DNA from: Candidatus Riflebacteria bacterium HGW-Riflebacteria-2
GTDB taxonomy: Bacteria; Muiribacteriota; Ozemobacteria; Ozemobacterales; Ozemobacteraceae
Assembly (NCBI GenBank): GCA_002839435.1
Contig: PGYA01000001.1
Coordinates: forward strand, 74,538-138,537
Length of the DNA: 64,000 nucleotides
Direction: 5' to 3'
Shown here: piece by piece, positions 27,776 to 36,682 of the stretch
Layout of the letters: each line of letters starts with the position of its first letter
Numbering within the stretch: the stretch's first letter is position 1
Made by a program: the position numbers and the translations under genes
The notes under the pieces: generated by a model
Told to the model about the DNA's origin: nothing
Database searches by the model: none
The model's input: only the letters and a program-made list of their open reading frames with translations

Positions 27776-29038
27776 TTAAGCCTTGAACCCTTCGAGTTTA
27801 TCAAAGTCGAGTGTCGCAAAATAGTCGTCGAGCGTTTCGGCACGCCTGATCGCAACGACCTCGCCGTTTTCGCGCAGCAGCAGTTCTGCCGACCTGAGCT
27901 GCCCGTTGTAGTTGAACCCCATGGCATGACCATGAGCACCGGTGCAGTGTATCACGATAACATCGCCGATTTCCAGTTCGGGCAGCATGCGCTCGACCGC
28001 AAACTTGTCGTTGTTCTCACAAAGCGGGCCGGTAACGTCGTATTTATGGTCGTTCGGCCGCTTCTCTTTGCCGAGAACGGTTATGTGATGATACGAGCCA
28101 TACATGCCGGGCCGCATCAGGTTGGCCATACTGGCATCGAGACCGGCATAGGTGCGATAGATGTTTTTGATATGCCTGACCCGGCTGACCAGCCAGCCAA
28201 ACGGACCGGTAACCATACGTCCATTTTCCATGACAATTTCGAGTGGTGCCAGACCGTTTCCAACAATCAACTCATCGTAGTCTTTCTTGATCAGCCGCGA
28301 AACCATTTCGAGATCGACTTCTTTATCGCCTGGATGGTAAGGAATTCCGTAACCGCCGCCGAGATCGACAAACTCTATTTTTGTGCCAAGTTGCTGCTTG
28401 ATCTCAACAACCAGTTCGAACAGCATGCGTGCCGTGCCGACATGGTATTCTTCAGCCAGTTCGTTCGAAGCAACCATGGTATGCAGTCCGAAGCGTTTAA
28501 CGCCTCTTTCCCGCGCTATCTTATAGGCTTCGAAAATCTGCTCGCGCGTCAGTCCATACTTGGCTTCTTCAGGTTTGCCGATGATCACATTGCCCTGCTT
28601 GAGCGGGCCGGGGTTATAGCGAAAGCTGATCATCTCAGGAATTCCGGCAGCCTTTTCGAGAAAGTCAATGTGGCTGATATCGTCTAGATTCAGTATGGCA
28701 CCGAGTTTGTGAGCAACCGCAAACTCTTCGGCCGGAGTGTCATTTGAAGTGAACATGATATTCTCGCCGGTGATACCGGCTTTTTCAGCCAGCACCAGCT
28801 CTGCCAGAGAACTGCAGTCAGCGCCCATGCCTTCTTCTTTGAGAATCTTCATGATAAATGGGTTTGGCAGCGCCTTGACGGCAAAATAGTTTTTGAAGCC
28901 GGGCATCCATTCGAAAGCTTTTTTAAGGCGCCGAGCGTTGGCGCGAATCAGCTTTTCATCATAAATGTGAAAGGGAGTCGGGTATTTTTCTAACAGCGCA
29001 ATTGTCTGCGCTTTAGTTAAGGGGTATTGTCTGAGCAT
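27776..29038 (-). CDS. lysA: diaminopimelate decarboxylase (PLP fold-type III decarboxylase)
   Basis: The sequence 'YFAVKALPNP...GMGADCSSLAELVLA' is present and the gene sits in the operon with dapL, asd and lysC. Carboxynorspermidine decarboxylase is not fully excluded. Confidence 0.65.
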   Translation of the reverse strand: MLRQYPLTKAQTIALLEKYPTPFHIYDEKLIRANARRLKKAFEWMPGFKNYFAVKALPNPFIMKILKEEGMGADCSSLAELVLAEKAGITGENIMFTSNDTPAEEFAVAHKLGAILNLDDISHIDFLEKAAGIPEMISFRYNPGPLKQGNVIIGKPEEAKYGLTREQIFEAYKIARERGVKRFGLHTMVASNELAEEYHVGTARMLFELVVEIKQQLGTKIEFVDLGGGYGIPYHPGDKEVDLEMVSRLIKKDYDELIVGNGLAPLEIVMENGRMVTGPFGWLVSRVRHIKNIYRTYAGLDASMANLMRPGMYGSYHHITVLGKEKRPNDHKYDVTGPLCENNDKFAVERMLPELEIGDVIVIHCTGAHGHAMGFNYNGQLRSAELLLRENGEVVAIRRAETLDDYFATLDFDKLEGFKA

Positions 29039-30123
29039 CAGTCGAAATATCCTTTGGCTTTGAGCAGTTCAGCGTTGAGAATGCCGCCGCCGGCGGCGCC
29101 GCGCACGGTGTTGTGTGACAGGCCGACAAATCTTATATCGAAAACGTTGCATTGGCGCAGACGGCCGACGCTTACCGCCATGCCCTTGTCGGCGTCACGG
29201 TCTTTGCGTGGCTGCGGGCGATTGGCTTCTTCGCGATAGATTATCGGCTGCAGCGGCGCTGAAGGCAGGTTGAGTTCCTGTGGCAGGGCCCTGAAGTCAC
29301 GCCAGATCTTTTTGATCTCGTCGAGAGCAGGCTTTTTATCGCCAAACTCAAGACTGACGCAGGCGGTGTGGCCATCAACCACCGGGACCCGGTTGCAGTG
29401 AGCCGAAATTTTTATCGACTCATCGTTAACTATGTGGCCATCGACAACATGGCCAAGAATCTTGCAGGGCTCCATTTCTGACTTTTCTTCTTCGCCGCCG
29501 ATGAGTGGCACAATATTGTCGATCATATCGAGCGAAGGCACACCCGGATATCCGGCACCAGAAACCGCCTGCATAGTGGTGATAATCATTTTTCTGACTT
29601 CGTAACCGGCCTGCAGCAGAGCAAATACCGGAGTCATGTAGCTCTGCAGCGAGCAGTTCGGTTTAACCGCGACAAAGCCCTTCTGCCAACCATGTTTGCT
29701 GCGCTGGGCCGCAATAATACTGATATGTTCATGGTTGATCTCCGGGATCAGCATCGGCACGTCATCGCTGCTGCGATGTGCTGAAGCGTTGCTTACTACC
29801 GGAATTCCAATGGCAGCGTAGGCATTTTCGAGTTCCCGTGTTTTCTGCTTGTCCATGTCGAGCGCCGAAAAAACAAAAACGCATTTTTTTTCAGCCAGAT
29901 TCGCATTGTTGGCATCCTGAACGACAAGATCAGCCACTTTTTCGGGAACATCAAAAGCCATCTGCCAGCGCCCGGAAACCGCGTCACGGTAGGTCTTGCC
30001 GGCACTACCAGGCGATGCTGCCACATAAGCCACTTCGAACCAGGGATGTTGCGCCAGCAGTTTGATATACTGCTGCCCGACCATGCCGGTCGCCCCAAGA
30101 ACTCCAACTTTTATTTTATTCAT
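29038..30123 (-). CDS. asd: aspartate-semialdehyde dehydrogenase
   Basis: 'KVGVLGATGMVGQQYIKLL' is a Rossmann NAD(P)-binding motif and 'SGAGYPGV' is also present. Confidence 0.85.
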   Translation of the reverse strand: MNKIKVGVLGATGMVGQQYIKLLAQHPWFEVAYVAASPGSAGKTYRDAVSGRWQMAFDVPEKVADLVVQDANNANLAEKKCVFVFSALDMDKQKTRELENAYAAIGIPVVSNASAHRSSDDVPMLIPEINHEHISIIAAQRSKHGWQKGFVAVKPNCSLQSYMTPVFALLQAGYEVRKMIITTMQAVSGAGYPGVPSLDMIDNIVPLIGGEEEKSEMEPCKILGHVVDGHIVNDESIKISAHCNRVPVVDGHTACVSLEFGDKKPALDEIKKIWRDFRALPQELNLPSAPLQPIIYREEANRPQPRKDRDADKGMAVSVGRLRQCNVFDIRFVGLSHNTVRGAAGGGILNAELLKAKGYFD

Positions 30124-30354
30124 ACTACCTCTTCAATTCTATTGCTAACCCGGGCTCCCGGCGGAATCTCAACGCTTCAGCGATTCGCCTCATCAACTTC
30201 TCAATTGCTGGAGCCTTTGAGTCAAAGCTGCTCGGCTCACAAGCTTACGCTTATGAGATGCCCGTCTACGCCCTTTGTTAAAAATTAGTCATAGTCAAAT
30301 GCAATTGCTCATTGTCTTGCTAACCCGTACTTTCGGCGGGGATTTGCCGACGCG

Positions 30355-31686
30355 TCAAGCGGTCTCGAAGAAGGTGCGGTGCAGTTCTCTGATACATGTG
30401 TCAGCTTCACTGTCATCGACGATGAAACTGATGTTCACCTTGGAAGCGCCCTGCGAAATCATCTGCACGTTGATACCACTGGCATTGAGAACCTCAAAGG
30501 TGCGTTCGAGAATCTCGGACGAACGTTTGACATTGCCAACCATGGTAACAATGGTCTTGCCTTTCTTGATGGTGACGTTGGCGATCTTGTCGAGCGCCAT
30601 TTCGAGGCCTTCGAGGCCGTTCTCGCGGTTATCCAGCGTCAGCGAGATGCTGACCTCGCTGGTCGCCAGCATGTCTACCGAAACCTTGTGCTCATCGAAT
30701 ATCTGGAATACCTTTGCCAGAAAGCCATATTGGCCTAGCATTCGGGTCGAGACGATATCAACGACGGTAACCTTCTTTTTAAAGGTCAGTACGCGCAGCA
30801 TTTCACTTGAGTCGTCGATCATGCTGAGAATAAGAGTTCCCGGGTGGGTCGGATTATACGAGTTCTTGACCCTGACCGGGATTTTCTTGCACATCGCCGG
30901 AATTATCGAGCGTGGATGCAGCACCTTAGCACCAAAATAGGCTAACTCGCTGGCTTCTTCGAACGAGATACTGCTGACCGGCCGGGCAGTTTTGACTATA
31001 CGCGGGTCGGTGGTCAAAATGCCATCAACGTCCTTCCAGACCTGTATTTCTTTGGCACGCAGCGCGGCGCCAAGCACTGAGGCGGTCAAATCACTGCCAC
31101 CGCGCCCCAGCGTAGTTATGTTGCCATTTTTGCATTTAGCAATAAATCCTGTGATAATCGGGGTATAGGCATAGTTGTCTGCGAGGTGCCCAAGGGTTTC
31201 GTCGATACGCGCGTATGATTCTTCGAGAATTTCTCCGTTGTTGTGTTCGTTGTTGCTGGTAAAACCAACATCCCAGGCGTCGAAGAACCTGGCCTCAACG
31301 CCGATGCGGTTGAGATATCCCGAGATAAGACGCACCGAAAGGCGCTCACCGAATGATACGAGGTAATCTCGCGTGCGCGGCGAAAATTCTTTGATCAAAG
31401 CGATACCAGAAAGCAGATTTTTGAGTTCATCAAAGAGATCTTTAATGACATCAGGGTTTACTTCGAGCTCTTCGGCGGTTGCCAGATGCAGCTTGCGAAT
31501 ATCCTTTATGCATATCTTACCAGCAAGCGCCCGGTCAACAGCCTCCAGCAGATTGTCGGTTGTGTCGCCCATGGCAGAAGCCACGATCAAAGGCTTCTCA
31601 TCGATGTACATCTTTATGATATCGACAACGTGCCTGATTCTTTCGGCATTTGCCAGGGAACTACCGCCGAACTTCATGATAATCAT
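30355..31686 (-). CDS. lysC: aspartate kinase with C-terminal ACT domains
   Basis: 'MKFGGSSLANAERIRHVVDII...IVASAMGDTTDNLLE' is the aspartokinase signature. Confidence 0.85.
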   Translation of the reverse strand: MIIMKFGGSSLANAERIRHVVDIIKMYIDEKPLIVASAMGDTTDNLLEAVDRALAGKICIKDIRKLHLATAEELEVNPDVIKDLFDELKNLLSGIALIKEFSPRTRDYLVSFGERLSVRLISGYLNRIGVEARFFDAWDVGFTSNNEHNNGEILEESYARIDETLGHLADNYAYTPIITGFIAKCKNGNITTLGRGGSDLTASVLGAALRAKEIQVWKDVDGILTTDPRIVKTARPVSSISFEEASELAYFGAKVLHPRSIIPAMCKKIPVRVKNSYNPTHPGTLILSMIDDSSEMLRVLTFKKKVTVVDIVSTRMLGQYGFLAKVFQIFDEHKVSVDMLATSEVSISLTLDNRENGLEGLEMALDKIANVTIKKGKTIVTMVGNVKRSSEILERTFEVLNASGINVQMISQGASKVNISFIVDDSEADTCIRELHRTFFETA

Positions 31687-31796
31687 CTGCTGTTACTCCT
31701 CGCCCAAGGTTTTGAGCAGCAAATATTACCCTTTTTGAACGCCGACTGCAAGTAACAACCGGCTGACCACGAAAAATTCAGACAACAGGGAATCTT

Positions 31797-33713
31797 CTAC
31801 TTGTCGGGTTTCAGCGTAAAGCTGTCGATTATGACTTCGGTTGCGGTCAGGTCATTTGAATCGAGGCCAATGTGACTTTCGATTTTTTTCTGCACCGCGA
31901 TCAGTGAAGCTTCAGCAAATGCTTCTGCCGGCACTCGGTAGTTTTTGTTGAGATCTTCTTCGATTTTTTTGATCTTTTCCTGATAGGCTGCAACCCGGGT
32001 TTTCACTTCTTCGCTAACCAGCGAATCGACGATTTCGCGGCCTTTTGACTTGAATTCAAGCGTTACCCGTTCGCGAATCGACTCTTCGAGGCGATCTTTT
32101 ATAAGAGAGGGATTCTGCATGATATTGTGCGCCTGATGGAAGGTATCCCAGGCTTTTTTCAGTTCAGGCTGTGAATCGATTACGCGCATTGCCTGTTCGA
32201 AACCATGTTGGGCGACAAGATCACGCATGTTTCCGCTGCGTGCTGTGTTGATAAGATCGACCGCCTGTTCGACCTTGCGTCTGGTTTCTGGCGGCAGGCT
32301 CTCGATGACAGCTTCTTTAAGAAGTTCCTGGCGGTTGATCGACTCACCCTTGATCAAACGCTGCACCAGCGGGCTTTCAAGAACCTTGTCGGGCAGTAAC
32401 TTTGAGGCAAGGCGCTCGGTCAAGCCTTTGCCGGTTGCTTCTTCAAACAGAAAATTCACCGCCTTATACGGGTTGCTGCTGTTCTTAACCAGATCGACGA
32501 CCTTTTTGAACTTTTCAAACTTTTCAACAACTTCGTTCACGCGATCGAGTGTGTTGTTGATCCACTTTATCGCTTTGATGAAGCCAGAATCTTCTTTGGG
32601 CAGTTCGGTGAGAAAATCGTGCATGAGAAACTGTTCAAGCTCATTGCGGCGGGCGATAAGAGCGTCAAGTTTTTCGTCTTTGAGGCCGACTTCTTCCTGC
32701 AGCTTGAGAATCTCGATATGTTTGTTCTGCAGACTCTGGCGCAGATTCTTTCGGTTTTCCCATTCTTCCGAGGTGTATTTTTTCGTCATCTCGTCGATTT
32801 CAGCCTGCGTGCGCGCTATGACCTCACGACAGGTCTTGATGGCTGGAGTTCCATATATTCCGCCATAGCGATGCTGCATGCTTTCATCAGCCAGCGCCGC
32901 ATTGATCCTGGCAATTTCCTGCTGATTGTATTCGATCAGAGAGCGAAAAGAGCCTGTGTTGGCCCAGTTGAAAGCACGTGAAGCATAGGTGCCTTCAGCC
33001 ATTGCTTTCGTCATATCGGCAATCGACTTGTTCCAGCTTTCAACTGCCTGCTCAGCGTCTTTCACATTGTCAGCCGTCGCCTTGCCTTCTGCCATCTTTT
33101 TTCTAGTTTCAGCAACCCTCTGTATCTGCTCCTGCAATGAGTCTCTGGCCTTCTGCAACTCCCCGGCATGTTCTTCGCTCAGACGTGCCAGATCATTCTG
33201 AGACTTCGCGATATGCTCTTCGAACTTTTTTATTTCACTCGCAGCGTATTCTTGCGTCGCTACGATTATGTCTTCGAAATCCTTGAGATATTTGAGTTTC
33301 GCATGTTTCTGGTAGAAGAAGCCCCATTTGTTCTCTTCCATCTGATATTCGAGCAGACGCTTTTCGGAATTGAGCCGGTCGAGTTTGTCGAGCAGCACGA
33401 GGCGCTGTTCTGCGCTCAGGTCGGGTGCGTTTTCGTTCTGGATTTTTTCGATCGAGCTTTCGGTAAGTGTCATCAGGTCGCGGGCCCAGCTCTTTTTCTG
33501 ATCGACGAGCTCCTTGATTTCTGCCGACAGTCGCCTTACTTCTTCTTCATTACCATCTTTTCTGGCAGCCTGCATTTTCTGCAAAGCCGTACGTTCGGCG
33601 ATGTAGACAGAACTGATGACACCCTCCTGCCCGTATGATGCTGAAATCGACAACAGCATAATTACTACGATCGATCCAAACAACCATTTTGCTGCAACTA
33701 TCTGTTTAAACAT
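31797..33713 (-). CDS. hypothetical secreted coiled-coil protein of 638 aa
   Basis: An N-terminal signal/TM 'LFGSIVVIMLLSISASYG' is followed by long heptad-rich, charged (E/K/Q/A) sequence. Confidence 0.5.
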   Translation of the reverse strand: MFKQIVAAKWLFGSIVVIMLLSISASYGQEGVISSVYIAERTALQKMQAARKDGNEEEVRRLSAEIKELVDQKKSWARDLMTLTESSIEKIQNENAPDLSAEQRLVLLDKLDRLNSEKRLLEYQMEENKWGFFYQKHAKLKYLKDFEDIIVATQEYAASEIKKFEEHIAKSQNDLARLSEEHAGELQKARDSLQEQIQRVAETRKKMAEGKATADNVKDAEQAVESWNKSIADMTKAMAEGTYASRAFNWANTGSFRSLIEYNQQEIARINAALADESMQHRYGGIYGTPAIKTCREVIARTQAEIDEMTKKYTSEEWENRKNLRQSLQNKHIEILKLQEEVGLKDEKLDALIARRNELEQFLMHDFLTELPKEDSGFIKAIKWINNTLDRVNEVVEKFEKFKKVVDLVKNSSNPYKAVNFLFEEATGKGLTERLASKLLPDKVLESPLVQRLIKGESINRQELLKEAVIESLPPETRRKVEQAVDLINTARSGNMRDLVAQHGFEQAMRVIDSQPELKKAWDTFHQAHNIMQNPSLIKDRLEESIRERVTLEFKSKGREIVDSLVSEEVKTRVAAYQEKIKKIEEDLNKNYRVPAEAFAEASLIAVQKKIESHIGLDSNDLTATEVIIDSFTLKPDK

Positions 33714-33855
33714 TGCTGTCTCCCTGATTTTACAAAGATATGTCTATTTTAAAGGCGTATTATATGCAGGCAATCAAACTATTGCAACCTTCAATGAAAC
33801 AAACCGGCGGGATGATGTATAATTCAGGTTGAGTTGGAGTTTTATGGAGGTAATT

Positions 33856-34380
33856 ATGAGGAAAATAACACTGCTGGTATTATGCCTGTGGCTGGGCTGT
33901 GCAGCCATGCTGGCGGCACAGAGCGAAACGGAAAAGGCAGATATTCTTTTTGCAAAATACTATATAAACTGGGCCTGGGGCTTTGATTTTAAAGGGATCA
34001 CCGTCGATTCGGCCGGGCAGGTATATACCTTTGCCTATGATGAATCGGTGCAGATGCCAGAACTCGATCGCAATGCGCTGACGTCAGATCAGCTCAAGAC
34101 TCTTTATGAGCCGGGAAAAAAGCTGATCACGACGGTTGCACCCGATAAGTTGCAGCAGATGATCGCTCTCGTTCCTGCTGCCGCCGTTGCCAGCATCTCT
34201 GAACGCGTGCACGGCGCCTGTGATAAGGGTTCATACGCGAGCGTGGCATATATTCCGGATACGCAGACAAACCTTTTTAAAGAGATAAATCTGAAAACGG
34301 AGGGAGACTGGAATTCGCACAACCTGGCACCAGAAGCCGCTGAAATCGTTGAGTGGCTGAACAGCCTCAAACAAAACTAG
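33856..34380 (+). CDS. hypothetical secreted protein
   Basis: The RBS is 'tggaggtaattATG' and the signal peptide is 'MRKITLLVLCLWLGCAAMLAAQS'. Confidence 0.5.
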   Translation: MRKITLLVLCLWLGCAAMLAAQSETEKADILFAKYYINWAWGFDFKGITVDSAGQVYTFAYDESVQMPELDRNALTSDQLKTLYEPGKKLITTVAPDKLQQMIALVPAAAVASISERVHGACDKGSYASVAYIPDTQTNLFKEINLKTEGDWNSHNLAPEAAEIVEWLNSLKQN

Positions 34381-34393
34381 GAATACGCTGATT

Positions 34394-34900
34394 ATGCAAA
34401 GTCTCGTAGGCTTATATGGCAACCGTAACCGGCTGCAGGTATGGCTTTCGCTGGTAGTATTCACCCTCTGTGCATGGTGGACCCTCAATCCCAGGTCTTT
34501 TCACCTGCTCGACGGCACCAGTATCACCATTGCCCTGATGCTTGGCGCTCTTTTTGATTTTAATTTTCCGTTCAACGTAACGTCGTCATGGCCTGACGCT
34601 GCTTTTCTGCTGGTTACAGTTTCTGTGCCCTTTTTGCTGCATGTTCATTTTCTCAGAAACGGCCTGAAATATATGGCGGCGCTGAATATTTACTGGTTTG
34701 CCTATGCCGCCCAGAACTGTTTCAGACTTCTTGACGCCAAAATCTACCGCTGGCCGGCAACGCTGTTTTTTGTTCTGAGCCTGGCTCTAACCGTCGTCGC
34801 TTTGATTAAATGTCTGCAAAGTTCAGAAACCCGATTCGAAGACGGTTTCAAAGAAGAAATCGATGAGTTCGAACATGACGAAAACGGAGCAGACTTATGA
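34394..34900 (+). CDS. hypothetical membrane protein with ~4 TM segments
   Basis: Hydrophobic helices are present. It is tightly linked to its neighbours. Confidence 0.45.
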   Translation: MQSLVGLYGNRNRLQVWLSLVVFTLCAWWTLNPRSFHLLDGTSITIALMLGALFDFNFPFNVTSSWPDAAFLLVTVSVPFLLHVHFLRNGLKYMAALNIYWFAYAAQNCFRLLDAKIYRWPATLFFVLSLALTVVALIKCLQSSETRFEDGFKEEIDEFEHDENGADL

Positions 34901-35427
34901 AAGCAGCACTAACAGCCTTTAATACGCTGGCGCGGCGAAACCTGCTGCGATTAACGCTGCTGACAATGCTGATTTTGCTGCCGGCCGGTTTATGGGCGCT
35001 GATCGGGTTCGGCCCGGAGAATGCAACATTCAGAATCATCGATGCTGTGCAATATCAGCAGACAGGTCTATTGTCTCTCGACATCGAGATAATAACACCT
35101 GGCCCAGATCTGGCTCCTCACATCATGGTGCCCGGACGGCGTTTCAACCTCGGACTGGCAGAACCAAAAAATCTTGAACTCAAGATCGGGCAAAAGCTGC
35201 GCGGCAGTTTTTCGGGTGCGATCAAAGATCTGCAAAATGGTCAGATAATGATGCACGTAGACCCGGCTTCACTCAAAATTATTGAAGAACCCGCCGACAG
35301 CTGCGAAATTGTGTATTCAGACTGGGAGCCTTATTTTGACTGGCTGCCGCATCTAAAAGTCGCGTTTATTGCTTTCTGGTGGCTTATCGCCAGCCTCCTG
35401 GTCTACCGCCGCAACGCGCAGGACTAG
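34897..35427 (+). CDS. hypothetical membrane-anchored protein
   Basis: It has an ATGA overlap with the upstream gene, an N-terminal TM 'LLRLTLLTMLILLPAGLWALIGF' and a C-terminal TM. Confidence 0.45.
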   Translation: MKAALTAFNTLARRNLLRLTLLTMLILLPAGLWALIGFGPENATFRIIDAVQYQQTGLLSLDIEIITPGPDLAPHIMVPGRRFNLGLAEPKNLELKIGQKLRGSFSGAIKDLQNGQIMMHVDPASLKIIEEPADSCEIVYSDWEPYFDWLPHLKVAFIAFWWLIASLLVYRRNAQD

Positions 35428-36536
35428 TTCTGGGGTTTTAGGGATTCGATGTAGCGCATGACGGCAAGAACTGAGTCGAATTCTTCGTCGTAGGCGGGCA
35501 GAAAGGTTGGCGATCCCGGCAAGGCTTCTGGTTTGACCTGTAGAAGCGCTTCGAGAAATTTTTCGCGCAGGTTGATCGGGCAGTCCTGGCGGCAGACGAT
35601 GACGTCTGAAGGGATTTCGTTGGTTTTGCCAAGAATGATTATGCGGTCGAGCTGTGCTTTGTTGAGCTTTTTCAGGGTTTCTTCGAGGCATACGCCTGAA
35701 TCGACCTTGCCTTCGAGCACGGCACGCAGGACGTTGTCGTGATTTTTCAGGAAATAGACTTTTGAATGTTTGTGCGGATCGACGCCGATCTCTTTGAGCA
35801 GATAAAGAGGATAAATGTAACCACTGGCTGACTCGGGGTCAACGAAGGCAATCGAACTACCCTTGATGTCTTCGAGGCCCTGTACCTTGCCTTTGGCCGG
35901 TGCGATAAAAACGCCACGATAGGCAGTGGCCTCACCAAATTTGGCTTTGGCAACCGGCATCAGGTGATCCTGATCGCGCCGATTCAGATAGGCGGTCGGA
36001 CCAACCCAGGCGAAGTCGATGTTGCCGCGGGCAAGTGCATCGAGAATACTGGCGTAACTGTTGCGATTAGAAACAAGGCGAACCTCTTTGACACCGGTCT
36101 GCTTCTGAAGAAAGCGCAGAAGCGGAACAGCCTGCGTCATCATGTCGCGCATACTCAGATAGGGAATGCGCCCAAAACGAACACTCTTTTCGGCAAGTTT
36201 GATGGGTGCTCCTGGCTGCAGAGCGGGAGGTCGCGGGGCGGCAACAGGCTGCTCGTAGCTGTCAGCAGCGGCGGCGTCTTCCCCGCTCTCAGACAGATCA
36301 TCGCCAGGATAATCGGAAAAATCATATTCGACGTCGTCTTCGTAGTAACCACCACGAAAGAAATCCTGCTCTTCTTCATATTCAGGATAATCATCGCTGT
36401 TATAATCTGTATCATCTTGAGCAAAACTGAGCTGCGGCGCCATGAAAAGGCTGCAGCAAATCAATGCAAAAAACAGGCTGATTTTGAATGAAAACTTCAT
36501 GAATATTGCCTCCTGATGGATGCGCGCCCGGCACAT
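35424..36536 (-). CDS. PhnD/SsuA/transferrin-type periplasmic substrate-binding protein with an acidic low-complexity N-terminal region; it is a lone SBP
   Basis: A signal peptide is present and the PhnD-like core 'FGRIPYLSMRDMMTQAVPLLRFLQKQTGVKEVRLVSNRNSYASILDALARGNIDFAWVGPTAY' is recognisable. There is a D/E/Y-rich stretch. No permease or ATPase gene is adjacent. Confidence 0.6.
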   Translation of the reverse strand: MCRARIHQEAIFMKFSFKISLFFALICCSLFMAPQLSFAQDDTDYNSDDYPEYEEEQDFFRGGYYEDDVEYDFSDYPGDDLSESGEDAAAADSYEQPVAAPRPPALQPGAPIKLAEKSVRFGRIPYLSMRDMMTQAVPLLRFLQKQTGVKEVRLVSNRNSYASILDALARGNIDFAWVGPTAYLNRRDQDHLMPVAKAKFGEATAYRGVFIAPAKGKVQGLEDIKGSSIAFVDPESASGYIYPLYLLKEIGVDPHKHSKVYFLKNHDNVLRAVLEGKVDSGVCLEETLKKLNKAQLDRIIILGKTNEIPSDVIVCRQDCPINLREKFLEALLQVKPEALPGSPTFLPAYDEEFDSVLAVMRYIESLKPQN

Positions 36537-36682
36537 CCTGCTTTAAGATCGGTTTTTATGCAAACTGAAGTATAACCCATCTGCGAAGAATTTGCTGTAG
36601 GTCGAGCAGATTTTGTGAGCGAAATTGCATAGATTTGGGTATAATTCATTCGATATTGAAAGACTTAAAGGCGGGAAGACTT

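Noticed and set aside
27926-28687. 253-aa plus-strand ORF antisense to lysA
   Set aside because: It lies within the PLP-decarboxylase coding region, and the lysA frame carries recognisable family motifs.
31687-31796. Possible lysine riboswitch (L-box) upstream of lysC
   Set aside because: Only ~110 nt are available before the next gene's stop, too short for a canonical ~180-nt L-box. I cannot confirm conserved L-box helices by eye, so I left it as an open check rather than a feature.
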